Of a stretch of 64,000 nucleotides of DNA, positions 44,001 to 56,000 are shown piece by piece. This DNA is from an uncultured Lachnospiraceae bacterium (lineage in GTDB: Bacteria; Bacillota; Clostridia; Christensenellales; UBA1242), in the NCBI GenBank assembly GCA_964541815.1, contig CAZIRI010000003.1:156-64155 (forward strand), given 5' to 3'. The number at the start of each line of letters is the position of its first letter. Within the stretch, counting starts at the first letter, position 1. Made by a program: the position numbers and the translations under genes. The notes below the pieces were generated by a model. It saw only the letters and a list, made by a program, of their open reading frames with translations, made no database searches and was not told the origin of the DNA.

Positions 44001-47000
44001 TCTTGACGAACCCTCAGCACTCAACTTGTATGTGAAATGGGAGTTTGACAAAACTGCTTTTGCATTATCGTTCACAAATCCAGAAGTGAAAACAACTTAT
44101 AATGGCAAGGAGCAAACTTTTGGCTTGGGAAATTTTGCGAGCGGAGAGGGTTCTTATGAAGCGACAGGATTTGTTATTAATGGCAATTTCACAATCTCTT
44201 TGGGAGATAGGGTGGACATCTCTTTGGCTGTCAAACTTTCAACAGAGTCAACAGCGGTATTAAATCAAGACGATGTGACAATGAAAGTCACAAATACAGG
44301 AACCTATGAGTTTTCATTGCAATTGACAATCACGGATAATGCGAAGTATAGGTGTGAAGATTTGACTTGTGAGCCGATAAATTTGACAATTACAGTCAGT
44401 CCAGCAGAACTCAATTGGAAGTTTAATGACAGCACAAAAGAATCGATGTGGGTGAACAATATTTGCTCACTTGCGGAGCATTTTGTGTCGGGTAATTTGA
44501 CTGGATGTGAAAGCATTTCTGCTCTTGTGGGTGAACTTGGCGAAGAAATCACAGTGACGAATGACAATAAGGAGAGTGTTTACAATTATCTTCTTGTGAA
44601 ATATTATAATATTGCAACGAATTACAATAATGTTGAGTATAAAAGTTGGACCTATTCAAATTTTTCCGCTGAAAATTACACTAAATTGATTGCTCAAATG
44701 CAATTCTTTGATTTTTACGACCTAAGCGAGAAAAGTTCGACAAAAACTTTGGATTTGGGGGAATATCTTGTTGTGTCAAATGAAAGTATAAATGAAACAG
44801 TTGGCATAACAAGGGTTGAAATTGTCTCAAATGGCACATTCACGGCACAAAACGAATATGAATTGCGAGCGATTTTGAACAAGAGCAGTGCAAGCAATTT
44901 TGTTGTAGAAGAAGACGCAAATAAGAATTTATATATTGTGATTGGAAAACTTTATATGATGCCTCAATTTGTCAAATTGTCAATTGGGACAAAACTTTCA
45001 GCGTTCTACAATGAAAATATTCACACGGTTGACTGGAAAAGCGGAGACTCCTACGGCAATGGCGGGGAATATTATCTTGCAAGCAACGGAATTTATGTAA
45101 GTGCGACAATCACGACATCAAATAGTGGAAGTGAAGAAAATGACACAAAATTCACTTTTGTTGACGGGGTTAATTATCTTAAATTGTCAAATGTTGATGT
45201 GATCACTGAAAACGGATTGCGTGTCAATAAGTCAGTTGTGATTTACATTGCTCCAAGTGATTTTTACACGATTTTGCAAGTGAATTTCAAGAGGATTTAT
45301 TTGTCAGCACAATATCTCACAAAGACGGATGAAACATACACGACATCAAGATTTGGTGAAGATGTGGTTTCCAATTTGTTTAGTTTGAGTGTGACATACA
45401 CTGCGGGCGGTGAAAATGAATACACGGAAACAGATGTCATTTACAACGAGTGGAAAACTGTGACTTCTGAAGACGAGACATATGACATTCGTTTGTATAG
45501 AATTGAAGCGGACGGAACAAACGGATTTGTGATTTATATTTCCGACTATGTGAAATCAGTTCAAGTGAAAATTTCAGAGACACAGTTAGCTGACTATTTG
45601 GCACTAAAAAATTGGTATTTAGGAAAAAATGAAATAAAATATCAATCATTTTCAATTGGCGGAGCGATGTCAACAGAAGATGAATACACAATAACAAACA
45701 GTAAACTAGTCACAACACCAATAAACAAGATTGAGACGGCATATTGTTATGCAATATACACTGATTTGACTTGTGTGAAATATAAAACAGGTTTTGAAAC
45801 TGGTGAACATAAAGACGAATACACAACTTTTGTAATGAAACTCAAATCTTCAACAAAAGATGATTTTGACAAGCATCTTCCATCTCAAAATGGCTTTGTT
45901 TTGGACAAAACCACTGTTCAGGAGAATGGAAAAGAATATTCAAGTCTTTTTGATGAAAATGGTGTGTTTGATGGTGTCGCTGGAAGTCGTTTCTCAATCA
46001 CATTGAGGTTCTCTTGGTCGATTGGAAAAATAGCTTATGAGCAGACAAAGAAAGCAATTTCAATCGAGCCAAACAACACTGCACAAAAAATTTCTCCAAG
46101 TGATATTGTGTCGATAGCTAGTTCGCAATTTGCTTTCACATACAAATGGAAATTGCTTGATGACAATAACGAGGCGAAAGCAGTAGGCACAAACGGGACT
46201 TTGACAGAGGATGAGAAAAAGATTTCTGGGGTCTTGACAGTTGACAAGAGTGGAAATTTGATAGTCAAGGAGTGCGGAAAATACACATTGACCGTGACGG
46301 CAGTTTTGAGTGAGGCGGATGCAAAAAAATATTCAATCACTTTGACAACAGGCAAAGAACAATCATTCACGGTTGATTTTGAAGTTTTGAAACTTAAAAT
46401 TGCAAGTGTCAAATTTGAAAATATGGAAAGCGTCATATACAGTGGCAGTGACCACAGCAGTGGGCTTTATGCAACAGTTGGGATATATTATGCAAGTGCG
46501 GACGGTGGTTATAGTGCCAGCACAAAAACAAAAGAGTTTTATTACACTGCAAACAAAGAGAGCAAGAATCTTGCTGAAAAATTTTATATAACAAAAAATG
46601 AGGAATCATTTGTTCAAATTGTCGATGCGGGGACATATAATTTTGAGTTGACTTTTGACGAAAATTACTACATTGTTGAAAATGATGTGGTGACAACGAC
46701 AACTTTTGTTGTGCAAGAAAAAGAAATTGACTTGTCAAAATATACAAAATCTTTTGAGAAAGTGTTCAACAGCAATGATACCGAAATGAAAGGCAGTATT
46801 TTGGTTGGCAACATGACGGTTGGCTTGTTCTACACGAGAGAAAGCGGAGAAGATGTTGGGACTTATAAACTCTATTTGAAAGACAGTGAGACTTACAAAT
46901 CAAACTACAAATTCACAAGCGGAGATATTGTGTTGTTCACTGGTGGAGAATTGCAAACACTGGGCAACGAAACCTCAATCGGAACATTCACAATCAAACC

Positions 47001-50000
47001 AAGCGGAACATTGAAAATTTCATACAACATAACTTCGGATTTTCCTGCGACAATCAAAAAAGAGTATGATGGCAAAAATTACTCTGTCAATGTGAATTCA
47101 GATTTGCAAATGAAAATTCAGAGTGGAAGCGATGTTTATAAGACAATCGAACTTGTGCTTTATGATGACAACTCAAAGAAAACTATTGGGCAGAGCAAAA
47201 ATGATGCGAGTGACAGCGAAAAAGAGCAGACAAAAGAAGTGCTTGCATTGATTAAAAGTGTTTTTGGCAATTTATCAATGAGGTTTGCTGACAGAAGTCA
47301 AGGATATGCCAATGGGGTTTGCGATGTTGGAACATATAATTATTCTTTTGCAAACACGGCGATCTCAAAATATTATCAAAATGTTGTTTTTAGTGACGGA
47401 TATCAATTTGAAATCATAAAACAAAACATAAACTTCTCAACAGAAAAGTTGGACAAAGTTTATGATGGCGAAAATGTTTCATATTTCAAAACTGACGGCA
47501 CTTTGATTGGAAATTCTTTGGGTGAATATACTGGTGCTTATGTAAGGGCGGAATATTCGTCCTCACATGCGGGAGAAGTTTCTGTCACATTGACACTGGC
47601 AAAAAATGTTGATGAGGTTGACATTGAAAATTATCAACTTGCAAGCACGACTGTTGATGCGACAATCTCAAAACTTGCAGTGTCTTTGCAAATCGAATTG
47701 ACAAAAACATCATATGTCTATGGTGAAGTGACTTCTGGGGATTATGAACAACTTGTGAAAGCAACGACATTGAACAGTGGGTCAGGCACAAGTGTCAACA
47801 ATTTGCTTGGAAGCGGATATTATGAATATGTATATGATGTGACAATGACGAACGGGAGCGAAGTTAAAACAAACGGAAGCAGGCGTTTGTATGTTGGAAA
47901 TTACACATTTTCTGCAAAAAATTCAACTTTTTCTGATTTTGATGTGACATTCCAAGACAAAACTTTTGAAATCACGCCATACAATTATTCACTCTATGTG
48001 ACAAATGCGACTTTCACAAATCTTGCAACGGAAGCGGTCGCAGAAGAACTTAAATATTCTATGACAGTTGACAGCACGGGCGATTCGCTTGACATCTTGT
48101 TTAAGGCTGTTGATGGTGAAGAAAATGATGTTCGTGGCAAAACAGTTGGAGCGGGGAATTATAAACTTGTCTTATTGCAAACGGAATATGCGAACGGGAA
48201 TGTCAACGTTTCGCTTTCAAACAAAGACAACACGGGTCTTGTGATCGCTTCAACAAATCTGCTCTACATTTCAATTGACGGATTGAGTGTTGACTATGAC
48301 GGGCAAACGCATACTTTGGCATTGAATTCAGACAATGCTCTTTGTTTAGACAACACACCTTTGACAATTTCATACACAAACGACAAAAATGAAAGTGTTG
48401 ATGACGCTGATGTGGTCTTTACATTTGCTGGACTTACACAAACAAATGCGGGTTCTTACAATTTTTCAATGCAAATCACATCTGACGTATACACAAACAT
48501 TGTTCTTAAATCAAAGACATTCACAATAAACAAAAAAAGTGTCGATGCAAGTCAATTCACGACAAATTTGACAAAAGAGTATGACGGAAAAAGCACTTTA
48601 ACTTTTGATACATTCAGTGAAAAAATTGGAAATGACGATGTGTTGGTTGTTGCAAAATTTTCAAATTCGACAGTTGGCAGTGACAAAACTGTTGAATTGT
48701 CTTTGCAAGGAACAGCGAGCGGGAATTATGTTCTTTCTTCAAAGACATGCACGGGGACAATCACAAAAGCAAGTGCGATTGTCACATTGAAAAAGACAAA
48801 GTATATATATGGCGAAATTTCCGAGGGGCGAACGCTGGCATATTCCGTCATGGCAAACAATGTGGAAATTGGAAGTGGACAATACAAATTGATGCTTGCA
48901 ATTACGAGCGGACAATACAGCGGTGCAAAATATTTGAAAGTTGGCACTTATGGCATAAGTATGACAGCCACCTCAACAAATTATAAACTCGCTTTGGCGG
49001 ACAATTCAACGGAAATTGAGGTTTCTCCATATGCTTTGACAATCAACTTTACAACATCTGGACTTATTGAAGTGTTTTATGCAAGCGAAGAATCAAAAAG
49101 TCAAACATTTGCATATACATACACAACCGCCTTTGGAGAAAATATCGCTTTGACTTTGGGAAGAGATATGGTGGACAGAGTTCTTCCTGTGAGTGCGGGA
49201 TATTACAGAGTGACAAGTTGTGCAATTTCAGGTGAAAGTGATTACACGATTTCGTCATTCACTGATTCAAGTGTTTCGGGAGCATTCAAAATCAAAGCGG
49301 AAGACAAAATGATTTATTTGCTTGCTTCAAGTGAAGATTCTTTGACGACAATTTCTTCAACATTAAACATGACTTATGACGGAAAATCATACACATCAGC
49401 AAGTCTTGTGGCAAATGGCAATTCTTTCAAATTGTCAATTTTCACAGAGGAGAATGAAGAACATTCTTGGACACTAAATGCATATTTGCTTGACGGCGGA
49501 GTGTATAAAAAACAAACAATCACATTTGAGAATTTTGAATCAAATTTGACATTGAGTGGTGCTGTTCGAGATGTTGCGAATCAAAGAACAATCACAAGCG
49601 ATTATATTTTGGCGAGCAACTATTCAGCAATCACATTTGGGACAACCAATCAAATGATTGTTTCAGTGGGAAAGAAAGATGTATACTTTGTGAGCGATAA
49701 TATAACTAAAAAATTTGACTATAAAGAAGCAATCATAAGTCTTGACTCAACTGCATTGGAAGGAATTTGCGACGGGGACAATGTTTCAGTGACAGTCACA
49801 TTGAAAAATTCGAGTGGCATTGCAATTCATCGAGCGGTGGGTCTTTCAGTGACAGCGGAGTTGATTGGCGACAGCGAGAACTACACCTTGCATTGCACAA
49901 AAAGCAATGGAGATAAAGTTTCGGGCGAAATCACCCCTGCGGAAATCACTGTGACAATTCCGTCAATAACTGTGGAATATGGAAAACTTAAACTTGAAAG

Positions 50001-53000
50001 TGAAAATGATGATTTTTCACAAATTGTAAGTTATGAATCGGATGTTGAAGTTCCAGACAGCGGAATTGGACTCTCTTTGAAAATCAAGAGTCCTCAATCA
50101 TCAACTTCTGGATATTTGAAAGTTGGAACATATCTATTTGAAACAAGTCTCAACACGAGCGATTTCACGGTCACATTTGTGTATAGTGGAACGACCGCAA
50201 ATGATGAAGAAGAAGTGAAATGTGCGACAATTGTTGTTGAGCAGAGAAATTTGGCTGTGACGGCAGAGAGCGGTTCGCTTTTGGACATTTTCTCAAAGAA
50301 ATATGACGGCACAACTGATATTGAAGATGAGAAAAAGAGCAATTTGGGCTTGTCGGGAATTTTGTCTGTGAGCAGTGACACGGGAGAAATCAGTGACGAT
50401 GTTTCAATCAAGGATGCAAAATTTGCTTCAAGCGAGATTGACAACGGCATTCATGTTGTGTTTGAATTGGACGGAGCCGACAAGGATAACTACTTGTTGC
50501 AAGAGTGGGAAAGCGGAGTGATTTCTGGCTATTATGTTGAATTGGCCTATGTTCTTCAAAACGAAGAAGCGTTGGCAATTGCTGGTGGATATTCAGAACT
50601 TAAAAACCTTTTGTATCCATTCAAATCAAAAAATACTTTGACGGCAAATTCAACGACAACAAAAATCGCATTCCCATCAAATGTGACAGGGAAAGATGGA
50701 TACACATTCGGCTATTGGTCACTTGATTTGAGTGGATTGTCAGAAGACAATTTTGGCACAATCGTGACCTATGCAGGCAGTTTGTGCAAGGAAAAAGACA
50801 AAATGCTAGGAAAGGTGAAAATTGCAATTTCAAACAATTCTGAATCAGTGGCATTTTTGGATAAATTGCTCAAAGATGAAAATTTGGGATTTTATTATAA
50901 GAATCCAAGTGCAGAAAATCACAATTCTCAAAGCACTGCGGATGTCACAATAAAATTGAATGCAAACTGGACAAAAAATTCTTATGAATTCAAAGTTGTT
51001 GTCAATGAAACCTATGTCGCGTCAATGAAAATCAAGGTTAATGGAACGGAGCAAAGTGGAGAAGATGGAAAGTTGTTGACATCTGTCACAGTTGATTATG
51101 ACACATCAATTGTTGTTGAATTGACAATGAAAGACGGTTGTTCAATAACAGGGACTGATGATGAAAGTCGAGGAGGCTCAATCATTCAAAGTTCAAAAAC
51201 ATTGACATACACATTAAGCAAAATCTCACAGAAAACAACCTTGACTGTGACGACAACATGCAAGCAAGTGAAAATAATGGTCAATTTAGACAATTGCAGT
51301 GGCGCAAAAATTGGTTTTGACAAATTTAGTGGAACGGAATGGAGCGTTGGCTATCTTGACCTAGGAGAAACAACTTTTGCAGACTTGAACTTGTCTTGGA
51401 CAGGAAGAAAGTTGAAAGAAATCACCGCTCTTGCATCTTCTTCGACAAGTCAGGACTCTGCACAACAAACAATCAATGTGTTTTCGACAAAAATCAACAC
51501 ATTGATTTCGGGGGATTATGATAAATACGACACAATCACAATCACACCAACTTTTGAACTTTTATCTTACACAGTGACTTTTGTCATAGGAGATGGAGTT
51601 AAATCTGAAACTTGTGAATTACATTTTGGAGACAAATATAGTTCAGTTGGGGAAGATTTGTGGAAGAACAAGACAAAGATAGGGCATACATTCAAAGGCT
51701 GGAAGTTGAATGGAGATTTTTTGAGTGATGACGATGTGATTGATGAAAATGCGATTGCAATTGCAAGCGAGCAAGGGACTATCACACTCACGGCTGAATG
51801 GGAAGTGAACAAATATAAGGTTGAAGTCACTGCAAAACATGCAACAGTGAATGGTGCAACTGAAAGACTTGAAGCAAATGGGGTTTATTATGGCACTGAA
51901 TTTAAGATAACTATCATTTTGGAACAAGGATACGATTTTGGCGATAAAGACGCTTTGAGTAAACTTGGATTGTTGGAATATAGTTTTGATGAAAAAGATA
52001 GCAAAATTTTGTATTGCACAGTCAAAGTTGAAGACAAAGATGTCTCAATTGAAGTCCCTGTTTTGAGTGGGACAAATAAAGTCACATTGAGCGGGGCAAA
52101 TATAGACCTCACAAAAACATATGCATTCAAAGTTGTTGCGAGTGATGTTGAGGGTGAAGAAGACAAGGAAGAACAACTTTATTTCATTGAAAATGACCCT
52201 TCATCATTCAACATGTCGACTGGTGACAGGATAAGAATCAAAGCGAGTGCAAAGGCTGGATACAAAATAACAAATGCAACTGTTGAAGGTGTGGATTCAA
52301 TAACTGTCATCAAAGAAAGTTCGGGTTCCCAATACATCATTTTGATTGAGGGAATAAATCAAGATGTGGAAGTCAAATTTGAAATGGAATTGTTGAAAAA
52401 CAATGTGCATATCGAGATTGCGGACACAGAAAGTGTTTCACTTGTGTCAGCACAGGGGATAAATTTCCTGTCAACAAACAATATAAGATTTGAAGTTAAA
52501 GCAACACAAGATTTGATAGTCACTATCAAATTTGCACACGGATATGAATTTGATAAATATGAGTTGAGTGAAAATTGTGAATATTCTTTGACGACCACGG
52601 CGACAACGGACGACTATGTTGAAGTGGAAATGACCATATCAAATATTTATGCGGACGGAACAATCACAATCTTATCAAAACTTTCAACATATCAAGTGTG
52701 GTTGAAATCAATAACTTATGATGCAAATTTCAATAAAAGTGATGCAAAGGACGCACAGGGCGGAACAGTTTTCTTTGTGGATAGTCCAACAACAGAAATG
52801 GTGACGATTGAATATAAACAATCAGTCAAAATTGGATGTACTGTGAAAGACAACTACAACTTTGCGGGTTGGAGTGTTGACGGAAAAACAATTTTGTCAA
52901 CTGATCAAGAGTATATATATGTTGTTGAGAACGCTGTTATTCTTTATGCAATATTCTCTCAAACAAGTTATTCCGTTTCACTTGTGAGCATGAATTACTA

Positions 53001-56000
53001 CACAATTTATTCTGAATATAATGATTCTGACAAACTTCGAGAAGAGTTTAATGAGGCAAACGACCTTGGCGGTGTGTTTGTGGACGGAGAGAAAGAAATT
53101 TCAGACATTAAAGTTTCATTTGGAGCGAGCAAATCTCTGACTTATATTCTTCCAACGGGATACAGATATTATGGATACGGCTATATGGTTGGAGAGACAT
53201 TCACATATGTTGCATATAGTGACGGTTCAAACAAGAGCAAAGTTGAAATACTTATTGATACGACGATTGAAAACTTCCCAAAAGCAACAAATGTCAAATT
53301 GTGTGTTGTTGTGACTGCTTCAAGTTTTGAAGTGTCGGTTTCGACTGCAATAAATGTCAATGGAAGCATAGAGCAAAAAAGCGGTGTCGGAGCAACAGCA
53401 CTTGTTGGCGAAGCGGGACAAAGTGTCAATCAATATGGATATGTTGACGGAACAAGAGTGCATTATTCAAGCAAAAACTTTGTTTCGGGGAAACTTGAAA
53501 ATGCGGAGCAATTCAAAGTTATTGCATACACAGGTGAAGCAATTTGTTTGCAAGTTGAAGCAAAGAGAGAGGGCTATAAATTCCTTAATATTGTTGTTGA
53601 CGACTCATTGAAAGTTGAAAATATCAATAGCGACAACGGCAAAATTATATACAAAATATCTGGTTTTGTTGGTGGGCAAAGTTATAGCATTTCAGTTTTG
53701 TTTAAGCCTGTCCTAAACAATATAAAACTCAACTTTATGAGTGATGAAACGGTTGTTGACGGCGGAATTATAACTTGCTACATCGACCCAGATAACAAAA
53801 ATAAAGTCTTTTCATCTGGGAGTGATTATTCATCAATCACAGTGTCAGCATATTCTGATTCTGAATTTGTTGTTTATGCGTATGTCAAAAACGGATTCTT
53901 GCTTGACGAAAACAATATCAGTTTTGTTGATGAAGCGGGAATGGTGGACAAAGATTCTGTTGAATTTGTGGCACTAAATCCAGCGGAAAAGGGGTATATT
54001 GGACGAGTTAAATTCACAGTTTCAAACATCAGGAAAAATGCTTCAATAAGTTTGAAAGTGACACCAAAAACATTCACAGTCAATTTGATTGAAAACGGCA
54101 CAGTGCTTGCAACAATCAAAAATGTGAAATACAATCAAGCGATTGATTTGCAAGAAGCGAATGCGGGGAATATCAAACTCTACACCGAGCGAATCACATA
54201 CAAAATGGGGAAATTGATTTTCAATTTTGTTGATGAAGAATATACATTTGACGGATTCTTCACATATGAGAATGGTGCGGGCGTGAGATATATCAATGCA
54301 TTTGGCGAAGTGACATCTGTTTGGATGGAAAATGGTTATGACTATGACGAACTCAATTCAAAATATGTGCTTTCTGAAAATGCGACTGTTGACGAAAACG
54401 GAGATATAACAATTTCACTTTTCATCTATTGGTCATATATGAAAACACGATTCACATTTGAAATTGTGCCAAAAGTCATAACAGATTTGACGGCAAAAGA
54501 TTTTGTTTCAGGTGTTGATTACACGAATTCTTGGTATTATGAAAGTGCAACAAATTATATTGAAGTTTCATACAACACAAACATTCATTTGATTGCCCCT
54601 GAAATTGACGGATACAAATTCTATCGATATGTCATTTCTCAAAGAGATGAAAATGGGACAAAACTTGCAGATGTTGTTTCATATTCAAGCGACTTGCCAT
54701 GGTCAACAAATGAAATTGACAAGATTTCGGAATGCACAGTCAGAGTTGAATATTTTGCATACATCAACATAATTCAAAAGGGCGGAAGCGGGACTTATGT
54801 GATAACACAGGACACAAATGAAGCGAACGCACAACTTTTGATTAAAGACGGCTATGTTGACACTGAAAAAATGTTCACAATAAAGGCGACCCCTGACAAT
54901 GGCTACACATTTGTAAGGTGGAACAATATCACACTCGGTAAGAGTTGGTGGGATAGCGAATGGGAAAATGTTAAGATTGAAAGAACATCAACCTTTGTTA
55001 TGAATTTCCAAGGCAAGCGATATTCAATGTTGTTGACACAAACGGTTGGGGCAAGAGAAGAACTCTATGACACGACATACGGCAGAATTTTGAATGCAAC
55101 AATCACATCAATTGACGGAAACGAACTTGATTATCAATTTGCGACATATGAAGACGGCGTTTTCACATCGTTGTTGACAATGGCATATGTGACAATCGGT
55201 GACACAGTTAAATTTGGTGTGTCAGTTGAATATGGGTTTGCTGTGCTATGGAATTTTGACAACTTCATGTTGACGGAAGTGACGGATGATATGTATTACT
55301 TCTCCGTTGCCATAACTGCGGATATGGTTGGGGAAGATGGAAATATAAGAATTTATCCAATTATACAAAACGAAATTCTTGTCATTTATATCACAAGAGA
55401 ACTTGACCAATCTCAAATTCTCGACAACACTTACGATGACAACAATATTGACACAATCGGAAAAATCACTTATCGTGGAGTTGAGACTGATTTTGCCTCA
55501 TGCACTTATGGCGAAGAAATCAATTTATATACAACAGTGAGTGAAAGATATGCAATTTCTTCCGTGACGATAAAAAATTATGGCAAGGAAATTGACGCAC
55601 TTGAAACTTACACAAAAGACCTGAAAATTTTGCTTTCAACTGAATATCTTGAACAAAATGGAATTGTGGGGACTTTGCAACTTAAAATAACCTACACAAG
55701 ATTGTTCTGGACAAACATTGACGGAAAGCCAGATTTTTCAGGAAATGGCTCTGAAAAGACGCCTTATAGAATAAGGTCGGAAGAAGATTTGGCAATGCTT
55801 TCAAAACTTGTTAGCGAGGGAGCGGTTGACCGCTATGGAAATAAATATGCGGACTGCTCTTACACGCTGATGAGCACATTGAATTTGAGCGACAAATTCT
55901 GGACGCCAATCGGGACAAAAGAAAACCCATTCAACGGAACTTTCAATTTCAATGGATACAAAATAAACGGCATATTTAGTATTTTTGAAAATGAAAAGAC